Shown here piece by piece: positions 12,908 through 26,053 of a stretch of DNA of 64,000 nucleotides. Each line of letters starts with the position of its first letter. The first letter of the stretch is position 1. The notes under the pieces are model-generated. The model saw only the letters and a program-made list of their open reading frames with translations. It had not been told where the DNA came from and made no database searches. The position numbers and the translations under genes are program-made. This DNA is from Octopus sinensis (Eukaryota): assembly GCF_006345805.1 (NCBI RefSeq), contig NC_043002.1, positions 102,672,001 through 102,736,000 of the forward strand, written 5' to 3'.

Positions 12908-13295
12908 CTTTTACTTGTTTCAGTCATTTGACTGCGGCCATGCTGGAGCACCGCCTTTAATCGAGCGACTCGACCCCGGGACTTATTCTTTTGTAAGCCC
13001 AGTACTTATTCTATCGGTCTCTTTTGCCGAACCGCTAAGTAACGGGGACATAAACACACCAGCATCGGTTGTCAAGCAATGCTAGGGGGACAAACACAGA
13101 CACACAACCACGCATATATATATACATATATACGACGGGCTTCTTTCAGTTTCCGTCTACCAAATCCACTCACAAGGCTTTGGTCGGCCCGAGGCTATAG
13201 TAGAAGACACTTGCCCAAGGTGCCACGCTGTGGGACTGAACCCGGAACCATGTGGTTGGTAAACAAGCTACTTACCACACAGCTACTCCTGCGCC
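12908..13295 (-). mobile_element. tRNA-derived SINE family A, full length
   Basis: Head GGCGCAGGAGTAGCTGTGTGGTAAG...GGTTCAGTCCC (A/B-box-like), then a CORE-like ACCTTGGGCAAGT segment, a central TA/TG tract and the conserved tail. Confidence 0.9.
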
Positions 13296-14590
13296 TGTTA
13301 TTAAAGAATTTAGAATTTTACTCATTCCTATTTTCCCTCATTTGGAAAGCCAACCCTGGATAATACGCAGGTCACCGGTTGTTTTGTTGTGCTGTCATTG
13401 TACATATTGAAGTCGATCAGCCTTGCATTTTCTTCCGATTAATCCTGTCAACTACAAATAAGTTATGCCTTTCCGGACATGGTAGTGTTGACAGGAGGAG
13501 GCAATCTCTTATCCGGAAACATTGCGACGAAGTATCATTCAGAATTCGGAAATTTTCTAATTTCGGATATAATAATTGAGTATCGATAGGTTACATACTC
13601 TATTATAAATGGTAGTTCCAAGGAATAGCTAAAGTTGCTGCCACCAATTTTGAAAACAAAATCCTGCTTTATATAAATCTAAATCATAGATTAATTTACT
13701 GTTCTGACTCCATAACGATACCATTTTAATGTTTAGATAGGCCTTGCTAAGTACAGTGCGTAGACGTCTATACTGACATCGTACAAATATGAAGAAAATA
13801 CTTCGACGTATGAAACGTCTGCCAAAGTTGCATAACTGCCGTCTAGCGAATGCGTTGTACAGTATTGTTCTTTTGCCTCATGAATATTCACAGAGAGGGA
13901 TAAATATAGACTTTAAATAATTGCATAAATTATTTGTAACGGAGTAAATCAATAAATTCAGTGACATAAACACAGACGATTTATTTATAAGATTTATACT
14001 GTTGACCAGCGTTGTGAAAAAAGCTTCGGCTTCCGAAGGTTTCGTAATTTTGGATAAAATACTGAGTAATTTTCATAGACATTTTCAGTTTTCGAGGAAT
14101 TCTAAAGGTATTTAATTTTCATCAGACGAAAATGTATTTAGCCGGGTAAGTATTCTTTATAGTGGCTTTTTGTTTTCCAAGTATTGCTGACATGTAAAAT
14201 TTCTTTTACTAAACGGCTGTATCTGAGCGTTGGACGGCTACGGCTAACGCTCAGATATATTCCATGGATCTCGCATCCATACCTTTGGCCAAGAATAACA
14301 ACCTAGTTTCTTTTCTCTTAACGACAGAAGCAAGAGAGATGATATTAGGTAAAATATTGAAAAGACTGTGGTCAGACTCATTCTACTTGTCGCAAGTACT
14401 CATAAATTTCTAGGAATTTTACTAGAATATATAAAAGATTTTAAATTGGAACATCCTTCCTTTTAGTGTATTTGCTGAGAAGATGATGACAGAAGCGGCT
14501 ATGGTCCACACTAATCGTCACAGAACCACTAAAACGGAGAAAACAGCAGACAAAAGGTTAATTGATCGTGTCATTAATATTTATCAAGGG

Positions 14591-14767
14591 TGGAGTCGCA
14601 ATGGTCCAGTGGTTAGGGCAGTGGACACGCGGCCAAAGGATCGCGATTCCGATTCCCAGACCGGGCATTATGACTGTTTATTGAGCAAAAACACCTAAAG
14701 ATCCATGAGGCTCCAGCAGGGGTGGTAGCGAACCCTGCTGTGCTCTTTCACCACAACTTTCTCTCAC
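14591..14767 (+). mobile_element. tRNA-derived SINE family B, 5' part
   Basis: A-box-like TGGTCCAGTGG and B-box-like GATTCCGATTCC. Matches the reverse complement of the head of 21284-21648. Confidence 0.75.
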
Positions 14768-14769
14768 GC

Positions 14770-15786
14770 TGTTTTAACTCTTTCATTACTGTCTCAAATC
14801 CTTTCTCTTTGACACAGCATCTTTCCTCGAGACAAGATTTGCATCATGTGTTTCCAAACTTATTTTCCTGGCTTCTAGTTTACTCAGAACTTGTCTTAAA
14901 GTGTCCATTATATTTTGTAGTTTCCTTTTCCACATTTGCTCCTTTTTAATCTTTCCCTGTGAGTTATCTAATATTCTGGTGACTATTACCCCTCTTGCAC
15001 AGATCAGTAAGTTAGCATCTCCTCTATTTTTAGTGTCTATCATATTGATAACAGAACCTAGTTTCCTTACAGATTCCTCCTGTTGATACCTTGTAATGCT
15101 GGCAATATTTTTCTTACTTCTTTACTCATTACTTCCTGCAATTCAACTAAAATCTTCTCATCTTCCTCACGTAAATCACTTAAGTATTTTTCTTTGTTCT
15201 CCTTTGGTTTGAGATGTATCTCTTACGGTGTTTGTTTTTCCCACTGTCTTTTACTTCCTTTTCCAGTTTTCTTGTGATCTCTTCTGCCCTTCCCATTATG
15301 ACATCCGCGTTCTTCTCTTACTAGCATTACCTTGCTCAACTAATCCCTGTTCAGTCACATTTAATATATCCTTCTCTAACCAAAGTTAGAAAACATCCGT
15401 TTTCTATAGCCCCTTCTTTTAGGTTCACTTTCTATGTAGCACTGTATCACTATCCTACTTTCTTCATTGGTCCATTTCCTTCTTGCTCTACTATCTTCTG
15501 ATGCTGTATTTGGATGATAGCTGTGGTCAGTCAGCATATTTACCGATTCACTGTCGAGAAAAAGCTCATCACTTAAAGATCCGGCTTCAAGGTCCAGTTT
15601 CCTTTTCGCTGTTACGACCTGCGTTTTGCGGAAACGCCTGTCACTCATAAACTGAGGTAACATAACGTTCGTAAGAATCGTCATCACCACTATTATTTTG
15701 CGACATCTGAAAGATTGCATACTTCGTTGCACCTTGCGCTAATGGCGTGGTGTGTGCTGCACACATTTTTGTGCATGAGGGGCAAA

Positions 15787-15787
<1 letters not shown>
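14770..15787 (-). mobile_element. R4/Dong-like retrotransposon, degenerate 5' fragment
   Basis: Myb-like motif RRKWTNEESRIVIQCYIESEPKRRGYRKRM, similar to KWTREEYISILNAY in the full element. 5' end abuts (TAA)n. Confidence 0.65.

Positions 15788-15830
<43 letters not shown>
15788..15830. repeat. (TTA)n microsatellite between two Dong-like insertions
   Basis: Direct inspection. Confidence 0.95.
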
Positions 15831-15833
<3 letters not shown>

Positions 15834-16260
15834 GTTTGACTCTTGCGTTGTAGTTTTAGAGGCTAGCTCCAAGTCTCACCAAGAGACCTCAAGAGACAGC
15901 AAGTTAGACGTTCATATTGGTGTAATTCCTAGGGTGTCATATATTTGGTTTTGCACATGATATTGTTCTAGAGATTATTTAAGAAAACATAATAAATTTA
16001 TGAGTTTGTTTTAACATTTGAGATTAACATAGACAGTATTTTACGTAGGATATGGGCAGTTCCCATGAGCACTATCTTTTGAATTTCTTCCATTTTGGGT
16101 TTTCCCGGTATCTGAGCTAGGTAGCAATCAGCCCGCTTTGCTAATAATTCTCAGGGCACCTATGACAACAGGTATTGTTTTAGTCTTCAGGTTCCACATT
16201 TTGCTAATGTCTATTTCAAGTTCTTTATACTTGCTCAGTTTTTGGTAGATCTTGAGAGAT
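15831..16260 (-). mobile_element. R4/Dong-like retrotransposon, 5'-truncated 3' end
   Basis: KLSKYKELEIDISKMWNLKTKTIPVVIGAL...IQKIVLMGTAHILRKILS, homologous to the C-terminus of the 28280-33612 element. TAA-rich repeats on both sides. Confidence 0.85.
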
Positions 16261-16317
16261 ATTATTATTTTTACTATCATCATCATCATTATTATTATTA
16301 TTATTATTATATTAGAT

Positions 16318-16528
16318 TAATGAGGCGGGCTGGTACATTCCTCAGCTGACCGTGCAAAATACTTGGTGGTATTTCGTCTACCGCTACGTTCTAAGTTCAT
16401 ATTCCGCCAAGGTCGATTTTACTTTTCATCGTTACGGGGTTGATAAATTAATTACCTGTGAAACACTGGGTCGATGTAATCGATTAGACTCTCCGCCAAA
16501 ATTTAAGTCCTTGAGCCGTTAGTAGAAA
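16318..16528 (+). mobile_element. tRNA-derived SINE family C
   Basis: Aligns with 18298-18515. B-box-like AGTTCATATTCC followed by a GGTCGA..TTT.C.TTTCATC central domain. Confidence 0.75.
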
Positions 16529-16568
16529 GGATTATTATAATTAATATAATTAGTATAATTGTTATACC

Positions 16569-16596
16569 TACTACTACTACTACTACTACTACTACG

Positions 16597-16630
<34 letters not shown>
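16569..16630. repeat. (TAC)n microsatellite
   Basis: Direct inspection. Confidence 0.95.
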
Positions 16631-16920
16631 TTTTTGCTCTTGTTGTTATACTTGTTGTTGTTATCATGACCATAACACTCTACTCATCACCATTATCATC
16701 CGCCATGCTCGATGCACTTGTATTTAATAAAATTTATTCCACGGTGATATATGTCTGAATGTTGGCAAATAACCCCTAGATAACAATATCATCAATTTAT
16801 CAAATCTCATACTCTAAGAATATTCCTATTATCAGGAAAGCTATATATTCATAAATAGATTCATACTGATGCCTATATACGCCGTCTCACGCACATACAC
16901 TCACGCATTCGCATATAGAT

Positions 16921-17020
16921 TCTTACATACTTACACACACACACACACACACTCGCATATACATTCTTACATACTTACACACACACACACACACACTCGC
17001 ATATACATTCTTACATACTT

Positions 17021-17030
<10 letters not shown>
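16921..17030. repeat. About 44-bp tandem repeat, about 2.5 copies
   Basis: Unit tcttacatactt(ac)n-tcgcatatacat repeated. Confidence 0.85.
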
Positions 17031-17058
<28 letters not shown>

Positions 17059-17122
17059 TTGCGTGTGTGGCTATGTGTGTATATATATATATATGTATAT
17101 CTATCTATATATTATCAACCAA

Positions 17123-17165
<43 letters not shown>

Positions 17166-17219
17166 GCACATACATATATATTACATATACATATAATGCT
17201 ATGTATATATATATATGTG

Positions 17220-17256
<37 letters not shown>

Positions 17257-17294
17257 ATATACGCATATACATATATATTACGTATACATATGAT

Positions 17295-17336
<42 letters not shown>

Positions 17337-18297
17337 ACATACACATATACATACATACGTACACTTACACGCACTCACATATACACACACATACAAACAT
17401 CGCATGATATTAACTTTTCCTGGGATGAAACAGGAGGCAAAGGAGGTTACTCTCGCAAATGTACCAATTTTGGTGAGATTACAAATATATTTTGGGATTT
17501 GATTATCAATTGGAAGCATTTGATACTAATCTCGCTGGCTGCGAACATGAAGAGAACTAACTAGATATCTTACAGCTGCAAAACGGCAAATTCAATTAGA
17601 GCACTTGAAAATTATGATTTATCAGTACTATATCAGTTTATAATTATTCTTTTTAAAAACATTATCTTTGTACTAAATTGACACATTAAAACAGATGATG
17701 CGTCTTGTATTCCCAAGTGGAGGACGGCAGAGAACTGGTAATTAGTGGCATATGTATGTAATTAAAGTCAGATAATCAGAGAAATACAGCAAATGATGAA
17801 GATTTTGGTATTGATTTTTCCTTATGAAATTGATAGTAAGGATTATTCGGAACATAGACATAGGAAGAATACGACTGATGTGTTTTATCTGAGCTTGTCG
17901 AAACGTTGATAAGATTGATTTATCCTTGAGCAATTACTGAAATATTTGCGAATATTACATGTTATTAAAATTTTCCATGAGTTGGATTATGAATTCTAGA
18001 CTATAATTCTGTTGATATAGAAAGCGGATCTTACGAGTGTGAATTACTGCAAATAAGAAAAGCCTTATGATTAAACTTCTGACCAAAGCAAAGAAAATCT
18101 TACCATATACAAGGGTTAAAATATAATGGATACCCACTAATGGCGGTTATATGATTATAGAAAAATCAATATGAGCTTCTTACCGACATAAATGGTAAAC
18201 AATTTTAAGTGAAACAAGAAAGCATTTAATTCAACGCACAAGTTTGTCTTATCATTCGAAAAACCCAAATTAGGTACCGCAATATTAAACTCGAGGA

Positions 18298-18515
18298 AAG
18301 CGGCAAGCTGTCAGAAATGTTTATACGCTGGGCAAATCGCTTGCGGTATTTTGTCTGCCTTTACATTCGGAGTTCAAATTCCGCCGAGGTCGACTTTGCC
18401 TTTCATCCTTTCGGGGTCGATAAATTAAGTAGCAGTTGCGTAGTGGGGTTGATCTAATCGACTGGCCCCCTCCCCAAATATTTCAGTCCTCCTGCCTAAA
18501 GTACAAAAGAATATT
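18298..18515 (+). mobile_element. tRNA-derived SINE family C
   Basis: GAGTTCAAATTCC B-box, then GCCGAGGTCGACTTTGCCTTTCATCCTTTCGGGGTCGATAAATTAAGTA. The resemblance to a MetaSINE-type central domain is from recall and unverified. Confidence 0.8.
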
Positions 18516-18520
18516 AAAAA

Positions 18521-19156
18521 CTAGCAGTATCGCCCGGCGTTGCTCGGGTTTGTAAGGGAAATAACTATATAAGCATTTTTAGAGAGTTATAGCCAAAAAA
18601 TAGCCAAAAATGCATTACAAATGGAAATAATATGATGGTAATTTTTTTTTTAAATCGTTGACTCATCGTAGACATTTTTAGAGAGTTACTTCCCTTATAT
18701 AATAGCGAAAAAATGCATTAAAATGGAAAAAAAACGATGGTAATTTTTTTTAAAATCGTAGACTCATGTAGACGCTTTCTTAGCCATTTCTGTTTTGGTG
18801 TCTTCAAGCCATGAAGTCGTTGTTCTAAAAGAACGCTGGTCTCCTTGACAACGCATTACGACGTTGATTTCCTTACACTCCCTTCCCCACAGGTGCAGGT
18901 GTGAGCGTGGACGCCAACTCCGCCGCCATCGACACACGAAAAATTATGCATTAAAATGGAATAAAAAATTATGTTAAATTATTTTTAAAATCGTAGACTC
19001 ATCGTAGACGCGGACTAATACTCAGACGGGCTCGATATGAATCACGACTATAAGCTACCCGAATTTGGTTAAACTGCACCGCAAAATGTGGGAGTAGTTA
19101 GGAATCTAAATCGAAGGGGACAGACACTCACACAACTACAGTTTTATATATATAGA
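18521..19156 (-). mobile_element. Non-autonomous Helitron
   Basis: Minus strand begins A|TCTATATATATAAAACTG and ends with the CCCGAGCAACGCCGGG hairpin, 8 nt and CTAG|T. No TSD. Confidence 0.88.
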
Positions 19157-19164
19157 TATACATA

Positions 19165-19770
19165 GCGCAGTAGTGGTGAGATGTGACAGCAAAGAAAAAC
19201 ATACATTCACTCCCTGCATGCAATTAGACTCGGAAAGTTCGTGAGGATCCCATTGACCCAATTTGCTGACTTTTCCGATAGCACACAGGTCTCAATGAAT
19301 GGTTGAATGACCAAATCCAAGCTTCTCTGCTAGTTCCTCAACAGTTACGATGAGATTTTGTTCCACCAGGGTTTTCAGGATGTCCTTGTCGAGTTCTACA
19401 GATCTTTCAGGATGAGGCTCGTCTTCTAGGCTGTAGTTTATGGCTCGGAATTTCTGGAACCACCATCGACACTGCCTTACGCTTATTGTCCAATCCCCAT
19501 ATACTGCATTAATATTTCTTGTACTTTCCGTTGCGTTGTTGTCTTTATTGAACTCATAAAGCAAAATATGCCAAATATGCTCCTTTGTTACTTCCAATAT
19601 AGCTTTGAAAAAAATAGCTGTTAAAATCGAAATGCACTCTTCAAAACTTGCACTATGAATAAGGACAAGATAAAATTACTACCTGCTTTTATAGCAAGTT
19701 AATATAAGTGGTTTATCCCATTCCCCTCTGACTTTTAGTTCAAGCTGATGAAAAAACCGCATTATTATAT
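19165..19770 (-). mobile_element. Mariner 5' fragment (different subfamily)
   Basis: HTH region MEVTKEHIWHILLYEF...LEDEPHPERSVELD, followed by GKVSKLGQWDPHEL (WVPHEL motif). Partial TIR ATAATGCGGTTTTT. Confidence 0.85.
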
Positions 19771-20055
19771 ATACATACATACATACATACATATACACAC
19801 ACACTCTCTCTCTCACACACATGCACACATTTATATTCTGTTATTCTTTTATATGTTTCAGCCTTGAGGTTGTGGCCATGCTGGATCATGTGTGTGTGTG
19901 TGTGTGTCTATCTGTCTGTCTGTCTGTATGTATATATGTATATGTATGTGTGTGAACAATAATATTTTCAACAGATGTGTTGCAAATGTATCTGATTGTT
20001 CTCAAGCTTCAATACTGTGTGTGTGTGTGTATGTGTGTGTGTGTATGTATGTATG

Positions 20056-20086
<31 letters not shown>

Positions 20087-20203
20087 GTGTATGTATGTAT
20101 GTGTGTGTGTATGTGTGTGTGTGTTTGTGTATGTATGTGTGTGTATGTATGTATGTATATATGTATGTATGTATGTATGTATGAGTGTATGTTTACTTTA
20201 TTA

Positions 20204-20638
20204 CTAACACAAGCCACTACGGTTATTTAATGTAAAGTCCTCCTCAAATCACTCTCTGTCGCTATTTACTCTCTTCCAAGAACATTTTCACTCACTCTTA
20301 TGTGTTAGCTTCCCATACATTTTACTCATGTATCTATCAGCGTCATAGACAGAAACAAATATTACATCTAGTTTCACTTTATTCGTTGCACACTGTGTGT
20401 GTGCGTTTGCGTGTGGTGTAAACCAGACTAAGAAAAGCATTTGACACACACACCAGAATGTGAGTTTTCTGTAAATTTTGCTTAATTAGAGTTTAAATTT
20501 TAAAAACTGGACCTGGCATGACGCGATGCATTGTACTCTTAAAAATGCTAGGTAAATTGTAATTGAAGAAATCCTATATTGTAGATTTCTATAACTCCCA
20601 AAGGGAGGCAGATAAAATCTGCCTTTTATAATAAGAGA
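20204..20638 (-). mobile_element. Degenerate Helitron-like element
   Basis: 5' A|TCTCTTATTATAAAA. The 3' end is TTAG|T rather than CTAG and the hairpin is weak. Confidence 0.35.
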
Positions 20639-20754
20639 TGATAGCCATATTCAATATCATATCAAATACATCGACTTGCAAGTCTGCCATTTTGTTGTTC
20701 AAACTTGATATAAACCAAAGATATTATTACACACATCTTTTGTTTATCCTTCTT

Positions 20755-20996
20755 TCACTGATTTTAATTATTAGACTGCGGCCATGCAGCAGCACCACCT
20801 AGAAGCATATTTAGTCAAATGAATCAACCCTACTAAGTATTTTTTTTTCTGATATTTATTCTTTCGCTCTCTGTAGCCGAACAGCTAAATTACGGGGACG
20901 TAAACACACCTACAAGCTTGGCGTAGGAACACAAGCACAAACACAAACACTCACACACACCACACACACATATATATATGTATATATGAATGTATG

Positions 20997-21029
<33 letters not shown>

Positions 21030-21180
21030 TCATATATACAACGTGATTCTTTCATCTACGAAATCCACTCTCAAGGCCTTTCTCAGCCCGAGGCTAAAGT
21101 ATAAGGCCTTGGGCGAAGTTGCCATGCAGTGAGACTGAACCCAGAACCATATGATTGGGAAACAATCTTACCACACGCCT
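20755..21180 (-). mobile_element. SINE family A, diverged full-length copy
   Basis: Colinear with 12908-13295. Confidence 0.8.
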
Positions 21181-21283
21181 AACTTTTCAACTATAGTTGT
21201 TACTACTTCTTTGATAAGCGCCGGACTTGTTTTATCTTCAGATATTTAATACTTGTGAGATAAATTCTGTCATTGAATTACTT

Positions 21284-21648
21284 CTGCATTCCGTTGGTTA
21301 CGACGACGAGGGTTCCGGTTTATCCAATCAACGGAACAGGCTGCTCGTGAAATTACCTTGCAAATAGCTGAATACACCTCAGATAAGTGTACCCGTATTG
21401 TAGTTCTGGGAGAGATTCAGCGTGACACAGAATGTGACAAGGCTGACCCTTTCAACAGAAATAGGAATAAAGGGTGAGAGAAATTTGTGGTGAAAGAGTA
21501 CAACGGGATTCGCCACCAGCCCTGTCGGAACCCGGTGGTGCTTTAAGTGTTTTACTCAAAAATACAACGTCCAGGCTGAGAATCGAAACTACGGTCCTAC
21601 GAACGCGACGCAAGCCAGCTGCCCTAACCACTGCGCAATTACCTCTCC
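21284..21648 (-). mobile_element. SINE family B, full length
   Basis: tRNA-like head GCGCAGTGGTTAGGGCAG...GTTTCGATTCTC. Tail ends CCCTCGTCGTCGTAACCAACGGAATGCAG. Confidence 0.8.
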
Positions 21649-22571
21649 ATTTTATTGAATATGTAAATGCTTACTGCGGGTCGACTACGAGTTTCCTGTC
21701 ATTTTATTGGCATTTATGATACAATATTGATTGCGTTGTTTTCTTAATCAAGCAGGAAACCTGAAGTTGGGAGAAACACCTTTGAAATTGTTTCGGAGTC
21801 GATCAAATTTACAGATGCAATAAATATATAAAATATATGTCTGTTCAGTTTTGCAATAGAAACACTAAAGACAGGGAAGCGAAACAATGGAGCTCTTTTA
21901 TGGTAGAAACGATTTGGGGAGATATTTAGAGCCGAGTTTATGCTCTTATCAAGCAAGCCCATCAACGGAATTCTGGTTGTGAATATCACATAATTCATCT
22001 GACACAGCCTATCGCGGTCTATGTTATTTTGATGTGTTTATAATTATAATTTTGTTTGTCTTTATTCATCAAAATGTTTTACCGAAATGCAACTCATTTC
22101 GCTTTACATATTGCATCTTCCAGCCAATTAAATTTCAACCTATTTTTAAACATCCTAACACGAACACAGGAAATTGCAATATCCCTAACAAGTACCATGT
22201 AGAATCTGTTTAGATAAATCGTTGCAAGCAGACAACAGTGGATACCATTTACCTGCCCAAAGCATACATCATCAATCTCACTTCTCAATTGTTGAAACAT
22301 GCAGCATATACATGTTTCGCTACGAATACTAAATCGACGGAACTTTGCTTTTCAAATTGTATTCATACTTAAGAAAGAAAAAAAAAACATTTAAAACCGC
22401 AAAAATTTTCCGATATGCACATCATAAAGTTTCGGTAACTAACCTTGAGAACTACCCACAACGGAGATTGAAAATCATACAAAATGCTTTTTAACCAACA
22501 CTCAGAATGTACAACTCTTCCTACGAACAGAATCTTTAATACTTTAAGCCTGTTACTTATCCTTTTCTTAG

Positions 22572-22615
22572 CAAATAGACTCATAGAATTACGCCACAAC
22601 AATAGAACACAGCAG
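22572..22615 (+). CDS. Candidate 44-nt micro-exon, unverified
   Basis: Acceptor cttatccttttcttag and donor CAG|GTATGT. Only one open frame (NRLIELRHNNRTQQ). Confidence 0.2.
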
Positions 22616-23684
22616 GTATGTAAAGCAATCCACAATGTATATTACGGAAATTCACGTGTGGATTTATATTCAAAGAAGGGAATGAAGGAAGACAAACAAA
22701 CTAGAAATAATAGTACAAAGAGAAAGCCTTCAATTCCTACGAATCGAACAATAACCTTTAAAAATAATCAAGATAAGAGGATTAACGTGTTATTTTCACT
22801 CATTTCTTCGGGAAAATTTGGAAATATTTTACGTCTGTATATATAAAGAAATGATAGCTCCATTACTAATAACTAATTCTTTTGGTTATTATTAATTTCT
22901 TAGTTTGTAAATTTTACTCCTACTTCTTGGTATGTGCAACATGTAAGAATGAACGGATTCCGTTTATAATCACCGCTGAGGATTTCAATTCCGTGAAAAA
23001 CCCTATAGCGGTCTCTAATTAAGATGACCACATCGCAGGGTTGAATAAAATGTCTCGTAACCTTTATGAAGTAAATATGAGAATTTGTAAACACTGTCAA
23101 CTTACAAGGCGAACCCTTGAAAATCTTTCTGCAGAAAATATTTAAGTATGATAATGTCAGTAGCTAAAACTAAATTTTGGAACCACTCCCATTTCTAATA
23201 TACGTAGACAGACATGGAAGGACAAAGGATAAGATGGATGAAAAGAAAATCTTCGAAAGGCATATTAAAGAAATGCAAACAGCCATACTTGAATAATTCC
23301 CAAAGCAACACTACAGCGAATGTCTATGAGAATTAGTAAAACAAAGAAAATCAAAGACAGTCCTGCCCGAAAAATTCCTCACTAAAAGATCGATGGTGAA
23401 CGGGATACAGGAAATGGATATACGTGCGAATGCAGCACTCTGAAGTCTGCTACACAATGAAAATGATATGAAGAAGAAATTGAACGTACCTTGATGCTGA
23501 TCGAATCCTTTGGTGGAAATAATGCTGAAATTCAGGAAAAGCACAAACATTTATGAAAACAAAATAAGAAATGCGTTAAAGATCTATGCATGGGTTGGGT
23601 GGTATGCGAGTGGATGGGATAACAACAATGTGGGGGGGACAATTGCGAAAGAAATTACAGAAATGCCTCGGAAATGTGAAGTGT

Positions 23685-24070
23685 AAGCATGTTCATGGTT
23701 GTGTAGCTAGGAAGCCCACTTTGCAGCCGCCAGGTTTTCGGTTCAGTTTTACTGCACATGTTGGGCAAATGACATCTATTGCTCTGAAAGTGAATTTGGT
23801 TGGCTGAAGCTATGTAGACGTTCGTTGCATATACATGTGTGTGTCTGAGTAGGTGTGTATTTGTTTTTGTGTTGTTTATTTCCAACTTATTAACAAATGG
23901 TGTTGATATTTTTATATTCCCCAAACATGAGGTTCAGCAAACAGACCGATGAAATAAGTATAAGATTTTTGAAGAAAAAATAAATACTCAGGTTTATCTG
24001 TTCCACTCAACTTTTGAAGGTAGCGCCCCATTATGGTCACGGTTCAATGAGTGAAACTAGTCAAACATGA
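23685..24070 (+). mobile_element. Old SINE family A copy
   Basis: Degenerate head (cggttcagtttt) and tail (cagaccgatgaaataagta...atggtcacggttcaatgagtgaaac). Confidence 0.5.
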
Positions 24071-24139
24071 GTGATAAAAATACACCAGAAAGAAAAATTA
24101 CAAAAATGGAAACCGCTCTGTCTCACTTTATAAGACATG

Positions 24140-24625
24140 TGCGTTCAGCCTCACAAGCACATAATGTAATCATAATGGATCACACCTGCGCCAGACCACC
24201 AAACACACACCATCAGCTTCTTTTTATGAATTGTGGTTTTTGGACTGGGTTTTGCTGGCTTGTCTTTGTCCAACCATTGTGCTGAAGGTTTACGCTTGAT
24301 GTACTGGATCCATTTCCCATCGCATGTTACAATTTCAATCAAAACCGATTCATTTTTGTGACGAGAAAGGAGCATAATTCAGGCTTCCAAACGATGATGC
24401 TTATAAGTTTCATTGAGAGCATGTGGAACCCACTTATTCAAATTTTTCACCTTACTGATTTCAACTAGGGAAGTCAATATAGTTTGCTTGCTACCACCAA
24501 GTAACATCGATATTTTACGGTCACTTTGGCATGGATCTGTTTCGACGGTGGCGTTCAGTTCGTCATTGGAAACATGGGCGTTTCATTCAACATATTTAAA
24601 TAAACCTTATTCAGGGACCTTTTGA
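24140..24625 (-). mobile_element. Mariner internal fragment (third family)
   Basis: NDELNATVETDPCQS..., KWVPHALNE, IVTCDGKWIQY and KKLMVCVWWSGAGVIHYD mariner motifs, with stops and frameshifts. Confidence 0.8.
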
Positions 24626-24842
24626 GCGGATGCGTTACTCGACATCAAGAAAATTCTTACTGGGTCCCTCCTGCAAAGATATGTGCTTTTTATCTTGATA
24701 TGAGATCACCATGTCGTGCACATATGGTTATGATTCATGTGCCTGGCATATCCTTATCAGACGGGTAGTAATGATAGGTATACTGGTCTTCATGTATTTT
24801 ATACCAGTGTCACTTTGATGGTATGTGCTGCTCTCTCACTCA

Positions 24843-24846
<4 letters not shown>

Positions 24847-24902
<56 letters not shown>
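24847..24902. repeat. (AAT)n microsatellite
   Basis: Direct inspection. Confidence 0.95.
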
Positions 24903-24974
24903 TTATATATATATATATACATACATTCATATACATACAGTCATACATACAAATATATATGTGTGTATACATAC

Positions 24975-25012
<38 letters not shown>

Positions 25013-25159
25013 CGAGAAAGAAGCAACATTATTGTTGCTTCTTTCTCGTTTATAACCTCCCCACATTACTGTATGGTTAACACCATATAGTTTTCTGGTG
25101 CATCTAAGTTAAGTACCACATTCAAGTAAATTCATTGGAATTGACTTGAATCTTAATTG

Positions 25160-25208
<49 letters not shown>

Positions 25209-25687
25209 ACACACACATATATATATATATAGGTATGTGTATAAGCGTGTATGTATATGTATGTATGTATGATATTATACTGCTTGAACGGCACACGGTG
25301 GTGAAACTGCAGAGCGAGCGTCCCAAAGAAGTGGGCAGCATGTCACCTCTCAATTATCATGTCTCCCTAGGCTGGTTCTGTTGGTTAAGTAATTTTTTCA
25401 GGATTAGATGTAGCTTCCGTTATGTTTTAAGAGTACTTTGTGTAAACAAGCATTTTACAGATGAAGTTCTCTGGTATAAAACTTGCTGTCGTTATAATAT
25501 AAGTAATCTTACGACGCTGGTTACTGGAAGACGTGTTTTAGAAACTTGCCTCAAATTCAATGATGCAGACATCTCACGAATATGATGTGGACATCTACTG
25601 ACGAGATGAGGCAATCTTCTACGTAAAATATATCATATATGCACGTACGCATTTAGTGGTGAATCTGTCTGCCTCAGAAGTCTTTAT

Positions 25688-25749
<62 letters not shown>

Positions 25750-25996
25750 CATAGATACATACAATACACATTCCTAGATAAGTGTATATAGTGTTTGTAT
25801 CTTTTATGAAATCACATTGCCACTGAATTTTTACTAATTTGCGTCTGAATCTCATGTATAAACGCCATATTCGACGATGAAGATCTCTCGTGATGTTTGG
25901 AGCTATTCATCTTTAAAACAAAGAACCAATATATGCAAACTTATATAAGCAGACATAGAAATGCCTTCATACTTGTGTCAGAAAATCTGTATGTTT

Positions 25997-26053
<57 letters not shown>

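Noticed and set aside
12908-13295. tRNA genes at SINE heads
   Set aside because: A/B-box-like motifs are present, but no complete cloverleaf, and each continues into SINE body sequence.
17760-18170. Protein-looking short peptides in several frames (also 21840-22030 and 23220-23570)
   Set aside because: Stop density is near random expectation for AT-rich DNA and no motif is recognised.
22254-22320. Minus-strand exon candidate (LRSEIDDVCFGQ|GTAAAT) with a superficial cytochrome P450 resemblance
   Set aside because: The good upstream acceptor gives stops in all frames and the P450 similarity does not extend to ExxR.
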